A DNA stretch of 64,000 nt, from positions 58,106,464-58,170,463 of the forward strand of contig NC_043011.1 of the NCBI RefSeq assembly GCF_006345805.1, written 5' to 3'. Source of the stretch: Octopus sinensis (Eukaryota). Position numbers and translations under genes: made by a program. The notes beneath the pieces were generated by a model. It did no database searches. It worked only from the letters and a program-made list of their open reading frames with translations, and was not told where the DNA came from. Of the stretch, positions 1 through 12,470 are shown piece by piece. Every line of letters starts with the position of its first letter. The stretch's first letter is position 1.

Positions 1-664
1 ATCTGGGCAACGCTAAATGCGTTGAACGAGTGTGGAATTTTGCAGGTGATGCTGTGATAAGAAAGAATTTCTGATAATGTAGTTATGAAACGGAACAATC
101 CATTCCGGGTCATGCAAACCTGAACGCATTGTGTGGGTGTAGGTAATTGAATACTTTATCGGAACAAGAAAAACAAAATGTCAGCATTATTGAGTAAAAC
201 TGCATTTACGAATACCATGTTGATTTCAAATAATATTGTGTATAGCAATTTCGCATTCACACCGTGTTAAATATGAGCTTTATAAAAATGTCCTGAAGCT
301 CACCGCCAGCGATTGTGCTATTAAACATAACAAATAGTTATCTACTTTTGAGCTGAGAGAAACCTAGAGATAAAATTTTCATCAGATACACTAGATTATT
401 TAACATAGAGATGCACAAATATGCAAGGGAACTTCTCTACGACTACTACTACTGGGCATGCTAGAAACGCAACAAAATTCCTTCAAATCCTAACCTATTG
501 AGTGTAAACAAAGGAATAAACACAAGGTATATAAAAGACAAAATAAGCACGGTTAAATGCATTTGATCATAGATTCGCTCAACTAAGTATGACATGGGGT
601 GTAATCAAAATAATGCAACGATGCGAAGCACAAATTAACGAAGCCTTTACGTGGTCGACCACAG

Positions 665-930
665 TAAAGTAAAGACCCCATTTGGTCCTGAATAGCTATG
701 GGATTGCACCTAGAAAGTTCCCCCACCTAGGTACAAGTCCAGGCAGTGTTGTTTATAGACGCCCAGCAGTCGCCCATGCATACAATCCTTTCCCTCTCCA
801 TGCCACTGATGTTATGCAAGGGAAAGGCAAAGAGGTCGATACAGCTTGGCACCAGTGACGTCGCAAGTCATTTCAACAGTTTAGGGAACTGGAGCAACAT
901 GAAGTAAAGTTTCTTGCTCAAGAACAGAAC
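665..930 (-). mobile_element. 5'-truncated CORE-like SINE, same family as 24231-24556
   Basis: Reverse complement aligns with 24300-24550 (e.g. 'ttcttgagcaagaaacttta', 'ccaagctgtatcg', 'ctaggtgcaatcccat'). Confidence 0.8.
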
Positions 931-988
931 TCAGAAAAAAAGGTAAAATTACCTGGAGCTCACATCTTACCCTATTATCTTGGCCTGC

Positions 989-1165
989 ATTATTTACATC
1001 ATTTACATTGGACGGATATATGTCCTCATCTTGTTTGTTGTTACCACAACGTTTCGGCTGATTTACTCTGTGGTAACAACAAACAAGATGAGGACGCATA
1101 TCCGTTCAATGTAAATAATGTAAATGATTTACAGAATTCCTCATCTCTAAAAATAGAACAGTATT
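989..1165. mobile_element. Internally deleted fold-back copy of the HHR-bearing element at 48961-49490
   Basis: About 60-bp inverted arms (989-1048 and 1069-1128, roughly 5 mismatches) around a 20-nt spacer. The right arm continues 'aattcctcatctctaaaaatagaac', as at 49467-49490. Confidence 0.8.
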
Positions 1166-1489
1166 ATCTTACCGTATTATCTAGTCTGATATTACTGTTG
1201 TACTTATAATCTTTCAAGCTTTAGGTATGCACCTATGTTCATCACTGATTCATTCATCACGAACTAATTATTATAATACGGATCGGTGATCAGTCGAAGA
1301 TTCTGCTTGGAGCGTAAAGCACTGGCCAACGACCATCCAAAATGGTTCCAGACGGCAATCATTATCACTGTGCTACGAGTCTGTGTAATTTTTATACGGA
1401 TTTACGTACCCATACCCATCAACATAGGTTTTACTATTCATTTATCAGTGATTCATTTAACATATGACCTTAGTACTTATATGTTTTAA

Positions 1490-1955
1490 AGTCTGGTTCT
1501 TATTCTATCGATATATTTTGCCGCACAACTTTAATACGAGAAGTATAAAATAAAACATCACCAATTGGCAAGCAAGTGTCGGGTGCAAACTGAACCAGAA
1601 AGACGCGCGCCTGGACACACGCACACACAAATACAAACGTGCGCGCACACGCGCACACATAGATAAATAGATGGATATAGGTATAAAAAGATAGATAAAT
1701 CGATAGATAGATAAATACATTAGATACATACATTCATACAAGCATACATACATGCATGAATTCATACACAGACATACATACTCACAAGTGTATGTATCTA
1801 TAACGGATATCCACTCAGTTTCTGTCAACCAGATTCGCTCATGAGCCATTGTCCGGCCCAGGAATATAGTAGAAGACACTAGATTCCGCGGAGTGGAACT
1901 GAAATCGGAAATACCTGCTTGTAAACTGAGTTCGTAAGACACGAAACCATATTGC
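1490..1955 (-). mobile_element. Degenerate tRNA-derived CORE-type SINE (family B) with central microsatellite
   Basis: Recognisable 'tatagtagaagacact' and 'tattctatcg' modules, matching the better copy at 3259-3646. Confidence 0.6.
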
Positions 1956-2989
1956 TAAATATCTATGAAATTATTATTACGTTTTTCATATATTTAGAAA
2001 GACGTATTCGGTAGTTAGATTATTGAAAAAGAAATAAAGTGAAAAATAAAAGTGTTTTGCATACCATGTAAGGAAATGTTCCAAAAAAGCTTCAGAAAAT
2101 TTCAATGGCTTTCACGGCTTTCTTGAATGCAAAGAAATAATGGCTGCTTAAAGAAAATTGACGATTCAAAATTATCCTTACTCTATAATTAAATTTATTT
2201 ATTAAAATCCATATAACTCTAACAATGTTGCCAAGAAAATATATTCTGAAGCTGCTAAAAGCAATTTGTTAATTCGCTGGATTTCAATTGAAAAGGAAAA
2301 GGCAACAGGAAAGGATTTTCGTCCTTATTATTTTAGGTAGCCAAAGGCGTTTGCAATCCGATTTCCATGTTAGAAAAGGGTTTCAATATGTACTTAGTTG
2401 TTAATTAACTGTACAGGCGCCTGTATGGTTGTGTGATTTAGAAGTTCTCTTTGTGATCATGCTGGTTTCTAATTCAATCCAAGTGCGCCGCTCCTTAGTC
2501 AAGTGTTTCGTACAATGACCCAAAATCAAACAATGCCTTGTGAGTGAATTTATTAGACGGAAACTATGTGGAATAGCGAATGTATATATAAATACATATA
2601 CACCATGTATATATGTATGTATATACACATATGTGTGTGTGCGTGTTTCTTCGTATTTATGTTTGTCCTTTCTCCACTTGACAGCTAGCATTTATTTGTT
2701 TACGTTCCTGTAAATTAGTGGTTTGTCAAAAAGACCGGCAGAATAAGTACCATACTTGGCAAAAAAGCAAAATTGGAACTGGGGTCAGTTTATTCCAGTA
2801 CAGTCTTCAAAGAATCGTCCCAGCACGGCCACAGTCTAGTCACTGAAACAAGCAGGAGATAAACAGTAAACGATGCCATTTTTAATAACAATTTCTAATT
2901 CTTTGCTTAGTGTCGACAATTCTAATCTGCCCATGACCTACACCTTATTTAGGAAAACACGTGACAAGGTTGTTCATAAAAGAAAACAG

Positions 2990-3210
2990 ATTGTATGCTG
3001 AATCGTAGGATCGATTCCCAGACCGCACCACGCTTTGTGCTCTTCATTTCACGTTGCTCTGGCGTCCCTTTCGATCAAGGGGAACGTTGACCTACCCGCC
3101 TGGCCAGCCGGGTGGCCAGGCGAACAAAAGTATGTCCAAACGATAGAAATAGTATCGTGACCAGTAATGTGTAAGAGCGTCTGATAGTCTCATCGGTCAC
3201 GGGTCCACAT
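2990..3210 (+). mobile_element. SINE remnant with CORE-like body and the tail shared with 45933-46050
   Basis: B-box-like 'gatcgattccc', then 'atttcacgttgct', then tail 'gtgaccagtaatgtgtaagagcgtctgatagtctcatcggtcacg'. Confidence 0.55.
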
Positions 3211-3258
3211 GATATATATATGCGTGTATGAGTGTGTGTATATGTATATGTATATGTC

Positions 3259-3401
3259 TTTGTAAGCCTGGTACTTATTCTATCGTTATCTTTGCCGAAC
3301 TGCTAGGTTACGAGGACGTAAACACACCAGCATTGGTTGTCAAGCGATGTTGGGGGGCAAACTAAGATACGCAAACATGTACACACACACACACACACAT
3401 G

Positions 3402-3484
<83 letters not shown>

Positions 3485-3646
3485 CGGGTTTCTTTCAGTT
3501 TCCGTCAACTCAATGCACTCACAAGGCTTTAGTCAACCCGAGGCTATAGTAGAAGAAACTTGTTCAAGGTGCCACGCAGTGGGACTGAAACCAGACCCAT
3601 ATGGTTGGTAAGCAAGCTACTTACAACACAGCCATGCCTGTGTCTA
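3259..3646 (-). mobile_element. tRNA-derived CORE-type SINE (family B) with internal (CA)n/(TA)n
   Basis: Minus strand reads 'ggctgtgttgtaagtagcttgcttacc...ggtttcagtcccactgcgtggcaccttgaacaag...ctactatagcctcggg', with a CORE-like motif. Further copies at 9883, 16832, 18583, 24877 and 47613. Confidence 0.85.
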
Positions 3647-3673
3647 AATATATATACATACATGCATATACAC

Positions 3674-3742
<69 letters not shown>

Positions 3743-3743
<1 letters not shown>

Positions 3744-4138
3744 TAGCAGTATCGCCCGGCGTTGCTCGGGTTTGTAAGGGAAATAACTATATAAGCATTT
3801 TTAGAGAGTTATAGCCAAAGAATAGCAAAAAATGCATTAAAAATGGAAAAAAAAATATGGTAATTTTTTTTTAAATCGTTGACTCATCGGAGACATTTTT
3901 AGAGAGTTACTTCCCTTATATAATAGCGTAAAAATGCATTAAAATGAAATAAAATGATGGTAAATTATTTTAAAAATCGTAGACTCATCGTAGACGCGCG
4001 CTAATACCCAGAAGGGCTCGATATCAATCACGACTATAAGATACCCGGTTTTGGTTAAACTGCACCGCAAAATGTGGGAGTAGTTAGGAATCTAAATCGT
4101 AGGAGACAGACACAAAACATGACTTTTATATATAAAGA
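3743..4138 (-). mobile_element. Non-autonomous Helitron (~396 bp)
   Basis: Minus strand has 5' A|TC(TTTATATATAAAAG) and 3' CTAG|T. A GC hairpin (CCCG 3755-3758 / CGGG 3767-3770) lies 8 nt from the CTAG. No TSD. Internal ~100-bp tandem duplication. Confidence 0.85.
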
Positions 4139-5889
4139 TATATATACACATACACACACATATGTGTATATATACATATGTAATTGTAGCTGGAATGGAC
4201 GCCTCAACAAAAACGATATGGCCCGATGAATGTGCAAAAGATCCGACTCTTGACAGTCTGTATATCCTTTTGTCATCACGCTCCTCCATGTTTGCTCAGT
4301 ATCACCTTTAACATATTTGCTCTCTAAGCTCGGCCTGATATAAAACGAAACATTATGAGAATTGAAGAACTGCAGAAGTGAATCGCACACTCACACACAC
4401 ACACACACACACACACAGACCGCCCCCCCCCACAATACCGTGACGGTCCTAATACCAAAATTACGTTTCTTTGCACTGAGAGAAAACCAGAAATGTGGGG
4501 CGGATGGATGGAAAGTATAAATTAATCTGGTCTCAATATTCCACTCGTACTTAATTCATCGAACTCGGCCTCGGATGGATTTGAACACACAACAGCAACG
4601 ACCAGAACTAAATACTGCGAAACATCTTGTCTGATGATCTATAGATGCTGCCAATGGGGCACTATCATAAAGGATGTAATTTGCTTTACATTTACGCTGC
4701 AGGTTAGAAATATTAAGGGTTGGGTGTCAGACGATATCATTTAACTTCTTGACTGGTACTCTATTCTATCAATCTCGTAGAGACGACAGGAAAAATTCTC
4801 TTTCATATTTCCGGGATGGATAAAATCAGGACAGGATCTCAGAATCTGAAACGGTCGTAAGAATTACTGTAAGGTAATGTTAGTCATTGTTATCGACACT
4901 TTAACTATTCTGTTTATTCACTAACCCCAACTCTCTTATATTTAAACAAATATGTATTTGCCTCAAATTTTAGCAGGAATACTGCAATTTGTAATGGGAG
5001 ATAGATTGTTGATTATATCACCCCTCGTACTTGAAGAGTACTTTATTTTATCTATACTGAAATGACGAGAGGTAAAGTTGACCTTGGCGGGATTTCAAAC
5101 TAGAACGTATAGAATCGAGGCGAATATTGGAAATCACGCTTTCGATGCTCTAACCATTCTGGTAACTCGCAGCCTTTCTCATTTATGACAATAAAGATTT
5201 CTTACATAGGCACGAAGCCATTCCTTTTTAGGAGAAGCATACTAATTTGAGTCAATCCAAATATATTGCCGACTGATAAACGTCAGATAAACGAATTAAT
5301 TTCCTCTAACATTATGATTGGTGGCTTTGACAAATGTTAGACTTCAGCACAGAAAGAAATATTATCGAAACCAAACTGACAAATTATCTTATGCATTTAC
5401 ATACATGGTAATTTTCTAGATTATTACCGATACATATAATTTTCATGTTTTGGGTGGATTGGATTATTATAATTTTATTATCTTAGTGACAGAATGGAAA
5501 GCAATGGTTGTGGGAGCGTGGAAGAAAAGTATCGCGATGTCCAAAACTTCGCCAGAATTTTTATAATAGTATGGAATCAGCTGGAGACACATACTTTATT
5601 TGATTGCATTGACAGGGAGGATTCCGGACCAGTTTACCAGTCAAGTAAGCCATACTGGGATTTGAACTCAAAAAGCATATAGCTGAAATGTATACGTCAT
5701 GGCATCTGGCCCGATGTACTTAGAGTACCACCAGTCTAATGCCCTGAATGGTCTTTTTTATTTTACCCTGGAATACTGAAATGCAACGTTGATTTTCTGG
5801 CAAACTTTATCCCTGATTTGCTCTCCTTCGTTCTTGACAGCTGTTTCTCGATGAGACACAAATGTCTTAATACTCGTTTGTGTGAAAAC

Positions 5890-6202
5890 GTGTCGCTTAG
5901 TTGTTCGGGCATTCGGCTCACGATCATAAGGTCTTATAATCGGTGGTATGTTGTGTCTTTGAGCAAGGCACTTTATTTCAAGTTACCCCAGTCCACTCGG
6001 CCGGCAAAAATGAGGAGTACCTGTATTCCAAAGGGCCAGCCTTGTCGCATTCTGTGTCCCACTGAATCTTTCTAAGAATCATGTTAAAGACACATGTTTT
6101 TGTCGAGTGCTGAGTCACTCACACATTACTTTCACGAACAGGCTGGTTCGTTGATCGAATCAACTGAAACATTCGTCGTCGTAAGCGACGGAGTGCCAAC
6201 CG
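5890..6202 (+). mobile_element. SINE with CORE-type body plus the tail of the 17759-18144 family
   Basis: 'ttgtgtctttgagcaaggcactttatttca' matches the 24231 family; 'tacctgtattccaaagggccagccttgtc...gacggagtgcc' matches the reverse complement of 17759-17945. Confidence 0.75.
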
Positions 6203-7833
6203 TCTTAAATATACTTTTCACTACTGTTTCATAAGGCAATTGGTGGAATCGTTTCTTGTTTATGATGAGTTGGACTGAAATACGTGGAGGCTGCATCTTC
6301 TTTTAACGTCGTCGAAATAAAATTGCATCATCTACGTTTCTTCATCCGGCTTCAGGTTTCATTGTTTTACTTTGAAGTACAATGTTGTCGAAATATTCCG
6401 TGAAAAATGTTAGTCAAAGCTGATAAAAAAAACAAAACAAAATACCGTAATAAATGTTTACAAATGTCTGCATCTGTCGTGTTCGGTCTGGAAGTTAGCT
6501 GTTCTTTTTGTTCTAATGTTAACATCACCCTGATGTTATTTAGCCTGTATATTCGTCAGCTTATGAAGACTTTGATCATTCGCCAGTCTGACACTGACAA
6601 ACTGATCAGGTAAATATTCAGGAATATTGTAGAACAAAGCCAAAAGAAAAAAAAATAGAAAGAAAATAATCAATAATTTGTCTCGCAGAATATTAGATCT
6701 TTAAGAAATTTAATCTCGAGATGTTGATTAATATAAACTGTTTTTGACCGTTCGATAGGAAAACAGACTCTAAGTGATTATTACTAAAACCACTGCCTGT
6801 GGGTACTGAAGAACACTTTCATATTATTGTTTCCACTGGCACAGCCACGAGCTACTGATGCCCCCCCCCCAGTGGTCTCTAGATCTGTTAGAAATAGCTG
6901 CCAAATCTCCCTTAAATCACATCAGTTCAACTCTGAAAAGCATGAATCATTGGCTAATGTAGAACCAGATAAGCGATACAATAAATCTCTGTTAATTTAG
7001 GACAAGCCTGAAGCTAAATAACGACAACAATCTAATAAAGATGGCATGAACTGAATGAATGACTCAATAAATATTCCTTTCGTCATGGTCGATGTTCGAG
7101 GGCCTCAGATATAAACGATTTCTTGCATCTTCATACTCTTTTCTGGATGAGTATGGTCGGTAAGCGCTGAGTGCATTTCCAAAAAGATCTACCGTGAGAA
7201 TTGGTTCTCTAAACATTCGCGTCTTTGGAGACGCTGTAGACACTGTCAGGGTGTGAAAATCAAGGCTTGGAGTTGTTCTGTTCCGTTAGTCTAGCTGCGA
7301 AGATACTGGCGCTTCTCAAAAATGAGAGGCTAACTAAAACTGCCGGCTTTACAGACGCTAGCAGACACATTGGGTTCATCAGTTCTTGCAACTGTTTTCA
7401 CTGTTTGAACCTGCATCGCCAGCATCAAAGTTTACGATATATATTATGATAATTAGATAGGAATCTTAATGAATTAGACAACCTATAATTAGCTGTAATC
7501 ATATCCTTTGCCTGGGTGGCAACTCAAGGTATAGGATCTAGTTGAGCATTGAGATATGTTAAAACTATTCTGAATAGATCATTGCTTAACAAACGAAACA
7601 TTTCCCAGTGTTATGCGAAGTGAAATAATATGGAATAGAAAGTTTTGTGTTTTATCCATCTTTCTATCTCACCTCAACAATAGCAGAATTGGTGAAATTT
7701 GTACATTAAAACATTTGAAAGATGAAAGACGGCATGCATACTTATGGAAACCAGAGGCAAATGGTCGATGAGTGGTCTGTGAAAACCTACAATACTTTCT
7801 TCAACAATAAACAGATGGGTGAATCCATCTCAT

Positions 7834-7867
<34 letters not shown>

Positions 7868-8612
7868 TTCTCTCTTTCTCTCTTTCTCTCTCCTTCTCTC
7901 TTTCTCTCTCTAGACAAAATGTTTCACAATCATAAGCAATTACAGAAACGTCTGTTACTTACTGACGAAAATTAATTTCACAATACGTAGCTAACTTATT
8001 ACAAGACAGTAGGTTCGCCTCTGGTTGTGCTAGAGTTAGCAGCCAAAAAACTCCCACTTCCAAAACTAATTTTTCCAAAATAAAGGATACGTTTGACAAC
8101 GTAGTTCATAAGAAACAAAAATAAATACATAAATAAACTGGCTAAATGTTGAGTGGCTTTGATCATTTGTATCCCGAATCTTCAGACCCTGGGTTAAACA
8201 ACAATTGTATCAGTATATCAAACATATTGTACAGATCCTGCTAAGTGTTTGAACAAATTTATTCGATAAGTGGCTGTTGTAGGGGCAGTTTGTAATGGAG
8301 GGTGCGGTAGCATAATTGTAGCGGGGAACGTTGCTTGTCATTAAAGAGATTAAGCTTAGAAGACAAATGGCTGCAACCGAATTCAAATGTGGGATGATTA
8401 CAGGATGAAAAATTGCACTGAGAGGTTACGGGATAATTACACTTGGAAGAACAGCGAGGAAAAGAACGGGAAGTTAATTCTCAGGGAGGTTAATTCTCAG
8501 CAATATGAATCAAATGTTTCTCGATGATTGTTAATGATTCGTTTGTACAGTGTGTTGGAAATGTATCTGACCCGTTCGATTGTAGAAAAAAAAATGGAGT
8601 CAGTATTCTGTT

Positions 8613-8626
8613 GTGACGATGATGAC

Positions 8627-8661
<35 letters not shown>

Positions 8662-9500
8662 GGAGGAGGAGGAGGAGGAGGAGGAGGAGGAAGAGGAGGA
8701 AGAGGGGGATGAGGAGGATTAGGACGATGATTATGACAATTCTGTTTGTGATGCAGTTGACCATTATTATGATCGTTGTTATGAAGAGGATGACGAAAAA
8801 TGAGGATGATGGTGAAGATCGCGGAAATCATGATGATGATGATTATGATGATGATGGTGGTAAGGGTTTTGGTGGTGGTGGTGGTGGTGGTGATGCTAGT
8901 GGTGGTGAGGATGGTAATGGTTTTGGTGGTGGCGAGGGTTGTGGTGGTTGCTACTGGAGATGGTGATAACGACATCAACGATGAGATGTCGATGATAACA
9001 ATATCGACGATTCCAATTACGACGACGATCATTAACATCATAATGGCGATGATGACGATGATAAAGATAACGATGATGAAGTCGATAATTATGACGAAGG
9101 CGATGATGATGATGATAATTAAGATGGTGGTGATGACGACGATGGTGATGACGATGATGATGAAGACGAAGATAGTGATGAAAAATTATGATAATAATGA
9201 TAATGATGAGGATAGTGATGGTGATGATGATGAGGAGGACGAGGAGGAGGTGGAAGATAAGTGTAGGACGTGGGATTTGAGAATGAAGATGATGATGATG
9301 ATGATGATAATGATGACGATGATGATGGCGATGATGTTGATGATGATATTCATGACGATGTCCATGATGATGATGATGATGTGGTGGAGGAGGAGAAGGA
9401 TGATGATGATTTCGATGATGATGATTACGATGGTGGTGATGACAATGATGATGATGAGGACAGCGATGGTGATGACGATGATGATGATGATGAGCATTAT
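8613..9500. repeat. Compound trinucleotide microsatellite (GAT/GAG/GGT/GAC)
   Basis: Directly visible; accounts for the overlapping poly-D/M/H/I ORFs. Confidence 0.95.
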
Positions 9501-9882
9501 TTTGATTTAAACATTCTGTTTCTCCTGACGTTTGCAATCCAGATGGTTTGACATTACGCAAATTCCTATTTAGGGAATTCTTTAATCAGATCACCTAAAT
9601 GATTTGTTAGCGAAAATTATTAAGTTAGCTGTCATAAATATCCAGTATAGAGGCATGACTGGCATTTTCATAATGAACAAAACATTTAATTGTTGCATTA
9701 ATCACTGTTTATTTATGCATATTTGGTCACACTGCTATCGGACTACGATATTAAACATTTGTTATTTATGGAGTTTAATTTCACGTAAACATTGTAAAGT
9801 TTCAGTCCTACACTTCGCGCTAACATTTGTCTTCGCTTCTCTTAGCGCCACGTTCATGCGTTTTATACTTATCGTAGTAATA

Positions 9883-10042
9883 GCAGATGTAGCTTGAGTG
9901 GTAAGAAGCTTGCTTACAAATAACAAGGCTGCGAGTTCAGTCCTATTGCGTGACACAGTAGGCGAGTGGTTTCTACTGTAGCCTCGTGCCGACCAATTCC
10001 TTGTCAGTGGCATTTGGTAGACGGAATAGAAGCAAGCCCGTC

Positions 10043-10046
<4 letters not shown>
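9883..10046 (+). mobile_element. SINE family B, 5' half ending in (TA)n
   Basis: 'gagtggtaagaagcttgcttac...gagttcagtcc...ctactgtagcctcg...ggtagacggaa...aagcccgtcgtata'. Confidence 0.8.
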
Positions 10047-10084
<38 letters not shown>

Positions 10085-10339
10085 TGTATATTTAAACACA
10101 TAAGCGATATCCTTCATAGGATTCCTTTCGCGCTAGAAGGAACAGAAAAAGTCCAAAACACTATTAGGGATACAAAAATCGAAGGGAATGAAAAATAAAA
10201 CATTTACCATATATCTCCTGGACCATGGTTTCTGACATTTTTTAGCAAATAAAATAATTTGCTAGGCGAAGTCTTCATCAACAGGTACACCTAGACCAAA
10301 CATATAAGTACTAGGCAAATCCACCATGTGCCTCTTGCT

Positions 10340-11896
10340 TAAACATTAAAATTGTAATTTTTCTAAGGATGTGGACATTACTTGTCAGCACAATTTTTTT
10401 TATTTCTCTGAGACATGGTTCTCCTGGGATATTATCTATATGTTTCTGACATCCCTTTCTTATCATACCTAGGACACCTACAATAACAAGAACAGTTCTT
10501 GTCTTAAGATTCCATATCTTTTGTACTTCAATTTCCAGGTTCTCATTTTTAATTTGTCAGATTCCTTTACAGATATATATTTATCCGTGGGAACACTTAC
10601 ATTTATTAGTCTACAAGTATTTTTTCTCTGCATTTTTATGATTAGGTCTGGTTGATTTGCCTGGATCGTTCTGTCGATGTTGACTGGAAAATCCCTGAGT
10701 ATAGTGTTTTTGTATTACCTATACAAAAACACTATAGGAAATATACGACTGGCTCAGTAAGCAAGAGTGCTGATTTTGTAGTGTTTACATATTTTCCAAT
10801 GTAAATACTCTCCTACCATATCGTGGCGATTTTTGTATTCCTTTGGTGCTAGCACAGGACATCCAGAGACGAAATGGTCTATTGTTTCATCAAATATATT
10901 TCAGAATCTGCATGTAGAGTCAGAACCGTTTTGACAAATGTTAGCCTGGTAGATTTTGGTAAGTAAGCCTTGATCTTGTACTGCTGATATGAAACATTCA
11001 GTCTCTGCTTTCAATCCTGAGTTTCCCAGCCCCTGATAGGATGTTGTCTTGTCTACATCAACACTTTTGCTTTGAAGTATATACTGTCTATGCAGAGACT
11101 TCTGGCTCCACTGTCCCTCAACTTGTTTCTTCCCGTTATTTTTTGCAGTCTGTTTGATCTGTTTTGCTTGTTTGGTGGCAATGGTTTCGGGTACATAATC
11201 TAATTCAAGGTTTATAACCGAGTTCCCGAATTCACAAGCTTCCTTGACAGTTGAATAACTCCTGCTGCTTTCGTGCTTGCACACAAGTCGCAACATCCAG
11301 TTCTCTGTACTAGATAAGTATTTGTTGAGGAGGTCTTATAGCACAGTTCTACCTGCAACATTCCTCTTCCCCCATTACTTCTAGGGCTAGAGTTAGGGTT
11401 TTGGATGGTCCATGATCTTAGATGTTAGCAGGTTTGTTTCGTCTTCCTGTTCAGGTGTTGGAGCTCTGTCCGATTCCAGTTAATGATGTTAAAACTGGAT
11501 TGGATTACTGGAAGTGTCAAGATGCCAATGGCTTAGATGCGATTTTTTGAGTTGAGTTCAGCTTTTAGTATGAGTCTCACTCTCCTGTAATACTCCTCTC
11601 TTATTGTTTTCCTTCATTTCAGCATGTTGTACACCGTCCCCTTCGTTTATTCATAGCTTCCTTGTGGGTGAAGCTTCTTGATGGTAGTGTCAGAATCTAA
11701 TTTAAAGGAAGCTGTTTGCCTGAGCTTTCCTCTTACAAAATTTGCTTTAGCACACTTATCAAGGCCAAAATCCATCCTGATGTCACTAATGAAATATTTA
11801 ACAGTTGTTAATAGTCCTGCTAGATCTTCATCACTTCTAGCAAACAGCTTCATATCGTCCATACAAAATAGATGGTTTACTGTAATATTATACACG
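10340..11896 (-). mobile_element. 5'-truncated, decayed RLE-type non-LTR retrotransposon (R4/Dong-like): RT C-terminus, CCHC knuckle and restriction-like endonuclease
   Basis: Minus-strand translation across frameshifts and stops: HLFCMDDMKLF (RT YxDD region), FGLDKCAK, EYYRRVRLILKAELNSKNRI, ETECFISAVQDQ, C..ETIDHFVSGCPVLA..EYKNRHD, QPDLII, VSVPTD, KIWNLKT..VIVGVLG. Confidence 0.9.
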
Positions 11897-12470
11897 TTAC
11901 TTCTTCTTCTTCTTCTTCTACTTCTTCTTTTTCTCCTCCTCCTCCTCCTCCTTCTTTTTCTTTTTTCTTCTTTTTCTTCTTTTTCTTCTTTTTCTTCTTC
12001 TCCTTCCTCTTCTACTTCCTCTTATCCTCCTCCTCCACTTCCTCCTCCTCCTCCCCTCCTCCTCCTCCTCATCCTTGTTGTTGTTGTTCTTCTTCTTCTT
12101 CCTCCCCTTCTTCTCCTTCCTCTTCTCCTCCTCCTCCTCCTCCTATCCTCCTCCTCCTTCTCCTCTTCTTGTTCTTGTTCTTGTTCTTGTTCTTCTCCTT
12201 CTTGTTCTTCTTCTTCTTATTCTTCTTCTTCTTCTCCTCCTCCTTCTCTTCTTCTTCTTCTTCTTCTTCTTCTCATTATTACTATTAGTAGTAGTAGTCG
12301 TAGGTGTTGTTGCTGCTGAGTTGTTCTATGTCAACAAACTTTTCGTCCGCATCATTCGAATCAATGATGACGATGATGGCGACGGAGGCAACGACGATGA
12401 CAAAGACGATGATGATGATGAAAATGATGATGATGACGACGACACACGACGACAGCGATTGCAACGGTAA
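11897..12470. repeat. (TTC)/(CTC) homopyrimidine tract followed by TAG/GAT/GAC repeats
   Basis: Directly visible; abuts the 5' truncation point of the LINE. Confidence 0.95.

Noticed and set aside
7945-7968. GAAACGTC followed by CTGACGA (possible type II hammerhead)
   Set aside because: Stem I gives only 2 pairs and stem II cannot close (A opposite A).
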